DNA of 64,000 bases from Myxococcota bacterium (GTDB lineage Bacteria; Myxococcota_A; UBA796; CAJQPC01). The stretch lies in NCBI GenBank assembly GCA_036229005.1, contig JAZAMN010000052.1, positions 1 through 64,000 on the forward strand. The letters run 5' to 3'. The position numbers and the translations under genes were made by a program. The notes beneath the pieces are model-generated. The model saw only the letters and a program-made list of their open reading frames with translations, was not told the DNA's origin and did not search any database. How positions within the stretch are numbered: position 1 is the stretch's first letter; each line of letters begins with the position of its first letter. Of the stretch, positions 10,155 through 19,330 are shown piece after piece.

Positions 10155-11111
10155 CTATTCCTCGACCACTTCGGTGGCCTGGAACACGAACCAGTAGAGC
10201 TCGCCGGTGGCCTTGCCGCTGTTCACCTTGATGGACAGCACCCAGGAGTCCTCGCCTTCGCTGGCCAGGGTCATGATGGGGTCCCAGCTCGAGCCGCTGG
10301 GGTCTTCGGTGGTGTAGTCGCTGGCGTAGGTGGGCAGATCTCCGTTGTCGTCCGGCCGGAAGACCGCCAGCCGCCCGTTGAGGGGGCTGCCGTAGCGGTG
10401 CGCCATCACCTCGACCTTCAACTGGGTCTTGCCGTCCGAGGGGACCGGGATCTCCACCCAGTGCACGGTCTGCGCCGAGTCCACCACGCCATAGACGCGC
10501 TCGCCCAGCTCGAGCTGCATGGGGCTCTCCTTGGAGGTCTCCCCCAGCGTCGCGTCCCACTCCAGCGGCGGCTTGGCCACGCTCGCGCGCAGCCGGTACT
10601 CGAACTCCTCGCCCGAGGAGTTGTAGCCCTCGTTCACCGACAGGACCCAGGGCTCCGCGGTGGGCACCGGCACGACCAGCAGGGGGTCCGTGGTCTCCAC
10701 GCCTGCGTCCGCGCCAGCCGCCAGCCCGCTCTCGCTCTCGATGAACAAAAAGGGCGCCGCCGGGCTCCCGAGCTCCACCGCGTCCACGTCCACCTTGAGC
10801 CAGCCCCCCTGGGTGGGCGTGACCTCGAACATGTCGAAGTCATAGGGCACATCGAAGATCCCGCAGCCCCAGGCCTGCATGTCCAGCGGGTTCGCGTCGT
10901 CCGGGCCGTTGTTGGGCTCCAGCTCCGGGAACTCACAGGGGGGAGGAGGGGCGGTGTCCGTGTCTCCAGGGGAGTCCTCACCGCCAGAGTCCGTGTCCTG
11001 GGTGTCCTCCTCGGAGCGGGTGTCCACCGTCGAGGGCCCCGGGGCGCAGCCCTGGCAGCTATTGCAGGCCAGCAGGCCCAGCAGGGCACCAGGAAGCATC
11101 AAACGCGTCAT
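10155..11111 (-). CDS. Putative lipoprotein with PPC-like (pre-peptidase C-terminal) domains
   Basis: LLGLLAC lipobox; ELEPNN..DDAN and DFDMF motifs. Confidence 0.75.
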   Translation of the reverse strand: MTRLMLPGALLGLLACNSCQGCAPGPSTVDTRSEEDTQDTDSGGEDSPGDTDTAPPPPCEFPELEPNNGPDDANPLDMQAWGCGIFDVPYDFDMFEVTPTQGGWLKVDVDAVELGSPAAPFLFIESESGLAAGADAGVETTDPLLVVPVPTAEPWVLSVNEGYNSSGEEFEYRLRASVAKPPLEWDATLGETSKESPMQLELGERVYGVVDSAQTVHWVEIPVPSDGKTQLKVEVMAHRYGSPLNGRLAVFRPDDNGDLPTYASDYTTEDPSGSSWDPIMTLASEGEDSWVLSIKVNSGKATGELYWFVFQATEVVEE

Positions 11112-11231
11112 CGACAAGGCATCTCCGGCCTTCAGCCTAACCCTCAAGGGGCCGCTTCGCTGTCGCTTGTCAGGAGGATGTTCAGGGGCAACACCCCCGC
11201 GCCCGGGCTACCTTGAGGGGGAGGAGACCAC

Positions 11232-12737
11232 ATGTTCTTGACCCTTTGGATGCTGGCGTGCACACCGTCAGACACCGAGATCGTGCAGCTCTACCCCTCT
11301 CTGGTCGTGAGCCCAGGCGAGGTCGACTTTGGCGAGGTCGTGGTCGACTACCCGGCCACCGCGACCGTCGAGATCATCAACGGCGGCCGCGTCGAGCTGG
11401 ACATCGACAGCCTGGGGCTCTCCGACGACCACGACGGGGTCTTCTCCATCCAGGGCCTGGAGCCCCAGGAGGAGGGCGACACCGGGGCCCCCGAGACCTA
11501 CGCCCTGGAGTTCCCCCTCACCCTGGAGTCCGACGAGCGCCTGGTCCTGCAGGTCGACTTCCTGCCCGCCACCTACCTGGACTACGCGACCACCCTGCAG
11601 ATGGACCACAACGACCCGGACCAGCAGGACTTCGCTCTGCCCATCACCGGCGTCGGCAGCGACGGCCCCACCCCGGACATCGAGCTGGACGTCCAGACCC
11701 TGGACTTCCCCTCGGTCGCGCCCGGCAACACCTCGGTGCAGTGGGTCACCATCTCCAACGTGGGCGACGGCGACCTGCGCATCACCGACAGCAGCCAGAC
11801 CGGCTCGGGCAACTTCGTGATCGCCCAGAAGCCCGAAGACGGCGACGTCATCGCGGCCGGCAGCAGCACCACCGCCATCGTGGCCTACACCCCCACCGAC
11901 GCTGCCGGCGACAACGGCCTGTGGACCCTGGAGAGCGACGACCCCGACGAGCCCAGCGTGCAGGTGCAGCTCCTGGGCAACGGCGGCGGCGACTACGAGT
12001 ACCCCGTGGCCCAGATCGCCTGCCCCAGCGACATCGCTCCGCCCGAGTCCCGGACCCTGAACGGCGGCGGCTCCTACGACCCCAACGGCCTGGAGCTGGT
12101 GGAGTACATCTGGAGCCTGGCCCGTGTCCCCGACGGCGCCTCTGCCGAGCTCCAGGAGAGCAGCGGGGAGACCGCCGAGGTCTACTTCGACATCGCCGGC
12201 AGCTACGAGGTCACCCTCCAGGTGGTCAACGAGCTGGGCGTGACCAGCGCCCCCGCCGAGTGCGACATGGACGCCATCCCGGAGGACGCCATCCACGTCG
12301 AGCTGCTGTGGAACACCAGCCACGCCGACCTGGACCTGCACATGGCCAACGCCGAGGACATCGAGTTCTTCGACTCCCCCGACGACGTCAGCTACTGCAA
12401 CCGCTCCCCCAACTGGGGCGCGCTCACCAGCGGCGACGACGACCCCCGCCTGGACCTGGACGACCGCAGCGGCTTCGGGCCCGAGAACATCAACATCCTG
12501 AGCCCGGCCGATGGCCGCTACCCGGTGCGCGTCCACAACTTCGACGCCAACGGGGACGGCGCGTCCTCGGCCACCCTGCGCTTCTACCTCAACGGCGTGC
12601 TCTCCGCCGAGCTCACCGAGTCCATCGCGGACGACGAGGTCTGGGAGGCCGGCATCATCAAGTGGGAGGAGGGCGCGGGCCTCGTGATCGAGGACGGCAC
12701 CCTGATCGAAGAGGCGCCCGCCCGCAACTGCTTCTGA
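11232..12737 (+). CDS. Lipoprotein with two ASH/choice-of-anchor D domains, a PKD-like domain and a YfaP-like C-terminal domain
   Basis: MFLTLWMLAC; VDFGEV...INGGRVELDI; ISNVGDGDLRI; SYDPNG; ELLWN..ADLDLH; GFGPENINI. Confidence 0.85.
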   Translation: MFLTLWMLACTPSDTEIVQLYPSLVVSPGEVDFGEVVVDYPATATVEIINGGRVELDIDSLGLSDDHDGVFSIQGLEPQEEGDTGAPETYALEFPLTLESDERLVLQVDFLPATYLDYATTLQMDHNDPDQQDFALPITGVGSDGPTPDIELDVQTLDFPSVAPGNTSVQWVTISNVGDGDLRITDSSQTGSGNFVIAQKPEDGDVIAAGSSTTAIVAYTPTDAAGDNGLWTLESDDPDEPSVQVQLLGNGGGDYEYPVAQIACPSDIAPPESRTLNGGGSYDPNGLELVEYIWSLARVPDGASAELQESSGETAEVYFDIAGSYEVTLQVVNELGVTSAPAECDMDAIPEDAIHVELLWNTSHADLDLHMANAEDIEFFDSPDDVSYCNRSPNWGALTSGDDDPRLDLDDRSGFGPENINILSPADGRYPVRVHNFDANGDGASSATLRFYLNGVLSAELTESIADDEVWEAGIIKWEEGAGLVIEDGTLIEEAPARNCF

Positions 12738-12821
12738 GCGGGCACGCTGCGGGGGCCTCCAGCCTGGATCTGGAGAGCCCCCCGATCGCCGGACAGTTTT
12801 TGGCTCCGGGGTCCGATATAG

Positions 12822-12839
12822 ACTGAACACGAGTTCAGT
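12822..12839. promoter_or_regulatory. Palindromic operator resembling the Myxococcus LexA (SOS) box
   Basis: ACTGAAC-ACGA-GTTCAGT is a perfect 7-bp inverted repeat. It abuts ATG 12840 and overlaps TAGACT (12819-12824). Confidence 0.65.
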
Positions 12840-13178
12840 ATGCGACCCCTCTCCCATTGGCAGCGACTCCCCCACATGCGCCCGGACCACTGGGCGCTGG
12901 CCTACGGTCTGGTGCGCGCCCGCGACTGGCGCTGGGAGCTGCAGATGGGGGAGATCTACCCCGACGGCAGCTTCCGCCGACACGAAGGCGTGCTCGTGCG
13001 CCTGGACGAACCGCTGCCCCTGCTCACCGACGACCCCACCGCCGGCCGCCTCCTCACCCGCCTGGTGGAGACCGGTCCCGGCTGCTGGCGGGTCTTCGGG
13101 GACGCCCTGCGGGCTCGGCGGGACTGGCGCATCGCCGTGGCAGAGGCCCTGCTCAAGCGCTGGGAGCAGGCCCCATGA
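12840..13178 (+). CDS. Hypothetical Trp/Arg-rich protein
   Basis: 112-aa ORF with typical codon usage; no family recognised. Confidence 0.7.
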   Translation: MRPLSHWQRLPHMRPDHWALAYGLVRARDWRWELQMGEIYPDGSFRRHEGVLVRLDEPLPLLTDDPTAGRLLTRLVETGPGCWRVFGDALRARRDWRIAVAEALLKRWEQAP

Positions 13179-13292
13179 CCCCGCAACTTCTGCTCTTGTG
13201 CGGAATCATGCTCGTGAATGTCGGCCATGCGCGGGGGCGGGTGTCCTCGCTGGCGGGTGTGCGTACCTTGCTGGTCGCGTGGAGTGAATGTC

Positions 13293-13616
13293 GTGAGTTT
13301 CTTTTCCAGCCTGATGGGCAGCGATGGCCCCCCCTCCCTCCCCCGGGGCTTCCCCGAGCCCACCGGGAGCGAGAGCCTCGTGCTCTACCAGTACCGGAGC
13401 TGCCCCTTCTGTCAGCGGGTGCTGCGCCAGCTCAGCGCGCTTGGGCTGGAGGACCGCGTCGAGCTCCGGGACACCCGCCAGGACAGCCACGCCCGGCAGC
13501 TCCTGAGAGAGCGCACCGGCCGCACGCAGGTCCCCTGCCTGTTCATCGACGGCCAGCCCCACTTCGAGTCCGCCGACATCAACGACTGGCTGGCCCTCTA
13601 CAACGAGAGACGCTGA
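13293..13616 (+). CDS. Glutaredoxin-like protein
   Basis: CPFC active site, TQVPCLFIDG and ESADI. GTG start with GGAG at 13281. Confidence 0.9.
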   Translation: MSFFSSLMGSDGPPSLPRGFPEPTGSESLVLYQYRSCPFCQRVLRQLSALGLEDRVELRDTRQDSHARQLLRERTGRTQVPCLFIDGQPHFESADINDWLALYNERR

Positions 13617-13651
13617 CGCCTTCGGGGCTGGACCATTCCGGATGGGGCCCC

Positions 13652-14182
13652 TCAGCTCTGGCGGCGGCGCCACCCCAGCAGGCCCAGCGCCAACACCCAG
13701 AGTCCCCAGCCTGCGTTGGGGGCGCTGCTGCACCCCGACCCATCGGCGGGCTTCTCGAACACCGCCTCGAACGAAAACACCTCGGCGTCGGGGTCGTTGG
13801 TCTCGACCTCCAGCCGGCCGCTGTAACTGCCGGGCAGCGCGGCGTCCGCGAGCAGGGTCACGGTGAACGTGCAGCGCTCTCCGGCCGCCAGCACGCTGAG
13901 CCCCTCGCAGTCGCCCAGCGACACGGTGAGCTCCTGGTCGTCCCAGATCTGCGGGGCGTCCAGGGTCAGGTCCTCGTCGCCGTCGTTGCGCAGGATGAAG
14001 CTCTGCTCGAGCTGCGCCCCGCTGACGTCCGGATAGAAATCGTAGGTGGCGGACGTCGACACGTTCCCGGTGGGCGTGAAGTCACCCAGGGGCTCATCGT
14101 CGGCGTTGTTGGCGCCGAGCACCACGTTCGCGTTGGGCGCTGCCAGGGCGGGCACGCTCAGGGCAAGGGCAAGCAGGGACAC
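13652..14182 (-). CDS. Secreted choice-of-anchor D domain protein with MYXO-CTERM-type tail
   Basis: GTG start after GGAGG; LRNDGDEDLTL and ETNDPD; ends GCSSAPNAGWGLWVLALGLLGWRRRQS. Confidence 0.8.
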   Translation of the reverse strand: MSLLALALSVPALAAPNANVVLGANNADDEPLGDFTPTGNVSTSATYDFYPDVSGAQLEQSFILRNDGDEDLTLDAPQIWDDQELTVSLGDCEGLSVLAAGERCTFTVTLLADAALPGSYSGRLEVETNDPDAEVFSFEAVFEKPADGSGCSSAPNAGWGLWVLALGLLGWRRRQS

Positions 14183-14255
14183 AGGACCTCCACGGGCTCC
14201 CCCTATCCAGAACCGGCCCCGAGCGTGTATGTTGCGCCCCTTGGAGCACGTTCCC

Positions 14256-15188
14256 ATGGTCCTTCTCTGGTCTCTCTTCGCCTGCAGCCCCCCGCCCCCC
14301 GCCCCGGAGGGCCTCGACGCCAGCACCAGCTACATGGTGCAGCACTTCTACGACGACGACGCCATGTTCCAGGCGGGCGTCCAGGGCTTCATGGCCTGGT
14401 ACGAGGCCGAGGGCTACGAGCTGGTGGGTGTGGGCAACGACACCGACGACACCGACTCCTTCACCGTCGGGGACCTGTCCGACGAGAACGTCGCGCACCT
14501 GCCCCTGGAGTGGGAGCTGCTGCTGGACGGCGCCGAGGACACCTGGGGCCCCCGCGACATGAGCATGGCCAAGGGCGTGGTCTCCCTGGCCGAGATGGAG
14601 TGCGACTGGATCGAGACGGAGGACTACCTGGTCCGCCCCGACCAGGACGCCGTGTTCAACGGCGACTGGGAGTCCTACGAGCGCACCTACCTCAACGACC
14701 GCGACACCTTCCAGGCGGCCTCCGTCTCCGGGGAGTTCGACGAGATCGAGGTCGCGCTGGATCCCTTCGCGGACGACTTCGACCCCAGCACCGTGGGCCG
14801 CTCCATGCTGTTCACCGTGAACACCGCGGACCCCACCAAGGTCCTGACCGCGGACATGCAGCCCTACGAGCTGCGCCTGGACCTGCGCCACGGCATCTAC
14901 GACGTGGGCGAAGAGCAGCTCGGCGCGATGGCCATCCTCACCTACAACACCGAGGCCGTCTGGGACGAAGAGGGCAAGAACGCCCTCATCCAGTCCTTCT
15001 CGATCGAGGTCAACGTCGAGCGCCCCGACGACAAGACCCTCCGCATGCTCGCCGTGTGGGCCCAGCCCTACGGCGCCGGCATCGAGCCCGACTCCGCCCT
15101 GGCGCTCAACTACGCCGTCGGCAAGTCCCTGGACGCCAGCATCCGCCTCTCGGACATCTGCTCCGGCAAGGAGTCCATCGAAGAGTAG
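14256..15188 (+). CDS. Putative acidic lipoprotein
   Basis: MVLLWSLFAC with GGAG upstream. Confidence 0.8.
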   Translation: MVLLWSLFACSPPPPAPEGLDASTSYMVQHFYDDDAMFQAGVQGFMAWYEAEGYELVGVGNDTDDTDSFTVGDLSDENVAHLPLEWELLLDGAEDTWGPRDMSMAKGVVSLAEMECDWIETEDYLVRPDQDAVFNGDWESYERTYLNDRDTFQAASVSGEFDEIEVALDPFADDFDPSTVGRSMLFTVNTADPTKVLTADMQPYELRLDLRHGIYDVGEEQLGAMAILTYNTEAVWDEEGKNALIQSFSIEVNVERPDDKTLRMLAVWAQPYGAGIEPDSALALNYAVGKSLDASIRLSDICSGKESIEE

Positions 15189-15199
15189 GGCCGAGGGGA

Positions 15200-15673
15200 T
15201 CAGCCCCCTGCGCTGATCTCGGCCCACCCCTGCTGCCAGAGCAGCTCCGCCTCCAGCTCAGGATGATCCTGGCGCAGCCTGGGCGCGGCGGCCTGCATCA
15301 GGCTGCGGGCTGCGCGGTGGTGGCCCATCTCGTGCTTGAGGCGGGCGGCGGCCAACTGGATCAGCCCCTGCAGCAGCGCGGCCTGGCGGCTCTGGCGGGG
15401 GAGCTGGTGCCAGAGCCCCTCCCAGATCTCGTGCGCCTCCCAGTGGTAGCCGGCCTCCATCAGCCCAAGCCCCCGCAAAAAGGCGGGGTGCTCGCCCAGC
15501 GGGCCCTGCCCCAGCGCCGCCGGCTCCGGCGGCTGACCGCCCCGGTAGCTGTGTCCCCGCGGGTCTCGAAAGGGATGGGGCGTCCTGCCTGGGACGTAGC
15601 GATAGGCGGGCAGATCCCCAGCGCCGAGCGGGGATGCCAGCTTGAGGTCAGCGCTGGGAGGGAAGCGGGCCAT
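15200..15673 (-). CDS. DUF309 family protein
   Basis: GYHWEAHEIWEGLW...LQGLIQLAAA. Confidence 0.85.
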   Translation of the reverse strand: MARFPPSADLKLASPLGAGDLPAYRYVPGRTPHPFRDPRGHSYRGGQPPEPAALGQGPLGEHPAFLRGLGLMEAGYHWEAHEIWEGLWHQLPRQSRQAALLQGLIQLAAARLKHEMGHHRAARSLMQAAAPRLRQDHPELEAELLWQQGWAEISAGG

Positions 15674-15697
15674 GCCGGGGGGTGTACTATCGCCCAG

Positions 15698-17428
15698 ATG
15701 TTGCCCACCTGCCTTTTGATCGGGAGCGCCCTGGCCCAGGAGCTCCCCTCCGTCGCGACCTCCCCCGACTCCGGCCTGCGCAGCCGCCGCGACGCCGTGG
15801 TGGTGCTGGGGGTCCAGGACTACAACCACCTGCCCGATGTGCCCTACGCCATCGCGGACGCCGCCGCGGCGCAGTCCTGGCTCATCGAGACCTGGGGACC
15901 CAGCCGCAGCCGCACGGTGGTACAGACCGACCCCAGCAACCGCGGCATGCGGGACGCCCTCGAGCGCGGGCTCGCCCGCGTGCGGCCCGGCGGAACCCTG
16001 TGGATCACCTTCTCCGGCAACGGCCGGGTGGTGGACGGCGAGCCCTACCTGCTGGGCAGCGACGCCCACCCCGACTCCCTGGCCAACGGCGTCAGCCTCA
16101 AGGACCTCCAGGAGCAGGCGGCCCGCAGCCGCGCCGACCGGGTGTTCATCCTGGTGGACGCCAGCTTTGACGACGGCGCCCGCGACGAGCTCGCCCCCAC
16201 CCCCTCCCGGGGCCTGGACTGGGGAGACAACCCCGACGACAAGGTCGTGCTCTGGGTCGGAGACGAGCGCGGGGGAGCGCGGGCTCTGGAGCCCGCCGGA
16301 CAGGGGCTGTTCACCTACCTGGCCCTGGGGGCCCTCCAGGGCTGGGGAGACCTGAACAGCGACGGCGAGGTCACCCTCTCCGAAGCGCAGACCTGGGTGC
16401 AGGAGGCCACCCGCGCCCTGGGCCGCCCCCAGCGCCCCACCACCAGCGCGCTCAGCGCACCCTGGGTGGTCAGCGGCCCAGAGCTGCGGGACGACACCCC
16501 CAGCGCCCAGGATCTGCTGGCCTGGGGCCGCGAAGACCTGCAGCGCCGCATCGCGGTGGCCGAGCGCCGCGTCCAGGAGGCCGCGGAGGAGGCCCTGCTG
16601 GAGACCCTGGCGGCCATCTCCACCGGCCAGGCCCCCCCAGAGAGCCTGGAGCGCTTCATCGAGCAGTGGTCCCAGGCCCGCGTCCAGGTGGAGTGGGTCC
16701 CGCCCCTGACCGTCATCGACGAGGCCCGACAGCTCCTGGCGGACGCCGACAGCCTGGTCCCTGCCCAGCCCGTGGAGGGCGCGGTCGTGGACAGCGGAGA
16801 CAGCGGGGAGCCCGACGCCCCCGCCCTCAGCAACGACCGCTGCGACGACATGATGGCCATGGAGCCCGACGCGCTGATGGGGCGCTTCTCTCCCGGGCGC
16901 ATCGCGTGCATCGAGGCCCGCATGGAGAAGGCCCCCCAGACCGACCAGGACAAGCTCTCGCGCCTGCTGATGGCCAACGCCGAGGCCAAGGGCGACACCC
17001 AGGAGTGGGCGCGCCTGATGGAGCGCCACCTGGCGGACATCACCCAGTCGGATCCCGACCTGTGCTTCCTCTACGCGCTGTACCTGTACAAGCAGGGCGT
17101 GGCCTCCAGCGAGGAGGCCATCGTCTGGGCCAACAAGGCCCTGGAGAACAAGCAGGTCTGGACCGGCGAGATCTACAAGGCCCGCGTGTCCTCGCTCTAC
17201 CGGCTGCGCACCGAGGCCGCCGCGGAGCTGTGGCAGGACGCCGAGCAGAACCTGGTGGCCGAGCCCAGCGCGCAGGCCGACGCGCTCACCTCCAAGTGGC
17301 GCGGCGCGACCCTGGACTACGCCCGGGAGTGGCTGGACTACACCCGCGCCGCGGGCGCGCCCAGCGACCGCGCCCTGAGCCTGTGCGTCTCGGCGGCGGG
17401 CACGATGGGCGCCTGCGAAGAGAACTGA
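15698..17428 (+). CDS. Secreted caspase-fold (C14-like) protein, catalytic dyad substituted, with helical C-terminal domain
   Basis: AVVVLGVQDY...PYAIADA and GLFTYL; FSGNG replaces FSGHG and VDASF replaces DAC. Confidence 0.8.
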   Translation: MLPTCLLIGSALAQELPSVATSPDSGLRSRRDAVVVLGVQDYNHLPDVPYAIADAAAAQSWLIETWGPSRSRTVVQTDPSNRGMRDALERGLARVRPGGTLWITFSGNGRVVDGEPYLLGSDAHPDSLANGVSLKDLQEQAARSRADRVFILVDASFDDGARDELAPTPSRGLDWGDNPDDKVVLWVGDERGGARALEPAGQGLFTYLALGALQGWGDLNSDGEVTLSEAQTWVQEATRALGRPQRPTTSALSAPWVVSGPELRDDTPSAQDLLAWGREDLQRRIAVAERRVQEAAEEALLETLAAISTGQAPPESLERFIEQWSQARVQVEWVPPLTVIDEARQLLADADSLVPAQPVEGAVVDSGDSGEPDAPALSNDRCDDMMAMEPDALMGRFSPGRIACIEARMEKAPQTDQDKLSRLLMANAEAKGDTQEWARLMERHLADITQSDPDLCFLYALYLYKQGVASSEEAIVWANKALENKQVWTGEIYKARVSSLYRLRTEAAAELWQDAEQNLVAEPSAQADALTSKWRGATLDYAREWLDYTRAAGAPSDRALSLCVSAAGTMGACEEN

Positions 17429-17470
17429 GAGCCGGGCTGGGATCACGCCCAGCCGCACCTCGCTGGGGGA

Positions 17471-19078
17471 TCAGCCCTCGGTGGGTTCGGGGTCAGGCAG
17501 GTTCCGGTCGGTGTGGAGCACTGTGCGTACACGCTCAGCCACCTCATCTTCCCTGAGGGGATGCAGGGGCTGCTGCGGACGCTCGGGGGTGGACTCCACG
17601 TAGACGGACTGGCTGGGGAAGGCGAAGGAGACGCCCAGAGCCTCGGCCAGGCTCATGATGGAGAGGAAGATCTGCCCGCGAACGCGCAGCTCGTCGGCGT
17701 AGGTGGGGACGTTCAGGTTGAAGATGACCACCACGTCCAGGGAGCTGGCGCCGAAGCCGGAGAACTCGACCATGTGGCCGTCCAGGACCTCGGGGCGCGC
17801 GTCCAGGAGCTGGCGGATGCCGCCGATGAAGGCCTCGACCAGGCTGCGGGGGGTGTTGTAGGTGATCCCCAGGGTGGTGCTGGCGCGGCGGGCGGTGCGC
17901 TGGCCCAGGTTGTCGATGCTGGCGGAGGCGACCGTGCTGTTGGGCAGGGTCACGACCGAGGTGGAGGCCGGGCGGATGCGGGTGGAGCGGAAGCCGACCT
18001 CTTCGACGGTGCCCTCGACGCCGGCGACCTTGACCCAGTCCCCGACCTGGAAGGGGCGGTCGGTGAAGATGGTGACGGAGCCAAAGAGGTTGGCCACGGT
18101 CTCCTGCGCGCCGAAGGCGATGGCGATGCCGCCGATGCCCAGACCGGCGATCAGGCCGCCGACGTCGACGCCCAGGTTGGAGAGCACGAACACCAGGGCC
18201 AAGGAGGTGACCAGGATCTTGGTGAGGCGGGCGACCAGGGGGACGATCTGGTCGTCCATGCGGGTGTCGGTCTCTTCGGCCCGCTTGAGGAAGAGGTCGG
18301 CGAACACGTCGGTCCAGCGCATCGTGATCACGACGCCGGCGATGGCCACGCAGACCCGAGCGACGAAGAGCAGGACCACGCTGGCCTGGACCGGCAGGGC
18401 CATCTCGGGCACGCCGACCAGGAAGATCGCGCCAAAGGCCAGCGCGCGCATAGGGCCGCGGGTGCGCTCGAAGACCTGGGCGTTGAGCTTGAGGCCGCGG
18501 TTCTGGATGAAGCTGAGCAGCCACTGCCGCAGGACGAGGTTGACCAGGATCGCGCCCAGCAGGGAGGCACCGATCAGCACCCCGAAGAAGGCGATCTGCC
18601 AGCCCTGGATGGGCCCGACGAGGGGCTTCTGGGCGCCGGCGGGGAGCGTGTTCCGCAGCCACGCTCCGATCCCCGTGAAGGTGTCCTTGTAGAGCTCGGG
18701 GGTGGCCTGGACGGTCTCCTGGGACCAGAGCCAGCGGTCGTCGACCTTCTCCAGGTAGACCTCGGGGAGCTGGTCGACCAGGGGGTACTCGAGGGTGCCC
18801 GGGGGGACCTCCTCGCCGGGGCCAGGGAGGTCCTTGACCTTCACGTAGTAGCCGCGGGCGTCCAGAACGCTCTTGAGCTGCACCGCGAGCTCGGGTCCCT
18901 TGGTCTTGGTGCCCGCAGGAATATTCAGGCAGCTCGCGGCCTCCTTGGGCGCGTAGCGATCGGCCTGCAAGAGCGCCAGCAGGGTGTCAGCGGCCTGCTG
19001 GGGGGTCTCGCAGCTAGGCAGCTCCGAGGCAGCGGCCGGCGAAAAAAACAGGGCGACCAGCAACAACCAGACGCTCAC
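17471..19078 (-). CDS. mscS: MscS family mechanosensitive channel with periplasmic N-terminal extension
   Basis: GLGIGGIAIAFGAQETVANLFG, DRPFQVGDW, GTVEEVGFRST and FAFPS. Confidence 0.92.
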   Translation of the reverse strand: MSVWLLLVALFFSPAAASELPSCETPQQAADTLLALLQADRYAPKEAASCLNIPAGTKTKGPELAVQLKSVLDARGYYVKVKDLPGPGEEVPPGTLEYPLVDQLPEVYLEKVDDRWLWSQETVQATPELYKDTFTGIGAWLRNTLPAGAQKPLVGPIQGWQIAFFGVLIGASLLGAILVNLVLRQWLLSFIQNRGLKLNAQVFERTRGPMRALAFGAIFLVGVPEMALPVQASVVLLFVARVCVAIAGVVITMRWTDVFADLFLKRAEETDTRMDDQIVPLVARLTKILVTSLALVFVLSNLGVDVGGLIAGLGIGGIAIAFGAQETVANLFGSVTIFTDRPFQVGDWVKVAGVEGTVEEVGFRSTRIRPASTSVVTLPNSTVASASIDNLGQRTARRASTTLGITYNTPRSLVEAFIGGIRQLLDARPEVLDGHMVEFSGFGASSLDVVVIFNLNVPTYADELRVRGQIFLSIMSLAEALGVSFAFPSQSVYVESTPERPQQPLHPLREDEVAERVRTVLHTDRNLPDPEPTEG

Positions 19079-19214
19079 GGCATCCTCCTTCCTGCCCCCG
19101 CCCTAACGGACGACACCTGTAGCGCAATACAGGCGGCTGAACGGGGGTGTCGAGGCGCTGTAATCTGCTGTAATATTGCCCTTGACGCGCACGCCTGGAC
19201 GTGAGAAACGGGCA

Positions 19215-19313
19215 GTCATGGGGGGAGAACCTCACCCCGACCATGCACCCCGGGTTCAAGTCGATCGCGTGAGCGGTCGATCCCCCAACCCGGGGGGAGC
19301 CGGTCTCCCCGAC
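19215..19313 (+). ncRNA. Candidate structured leader / small RNA (long rod with GNRA loop)
   Basis: Nested stems GGGGAGA/TCTCCCC, CCCCGGGTT/AACCCGGGG and TCGATCGC-GTGA-GCGGTCGA; TTGACG upstream at 19182. Confidence 0.35.
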
Positions 19314-19330
19314 GGACAGAGAGAATCCAC

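Noticed and set aside
12857..15697. N-terminal 947 aa of the 1523-aa ORF 12857-17428
   Set aside because: It overlaps several real genes; the credible protein starts at ATG 15698 with a signal peptide.
19215..19313. tRNA, SRP RNA or 6S RNA identity for the structured leader
   Set aside because: It has a GGTTCAAG T-loop-like word but no cloverleaf or CCA end. It lacks the SRP GGAA/AGCAG motif, and it is too short and out of the usual context for 6S.
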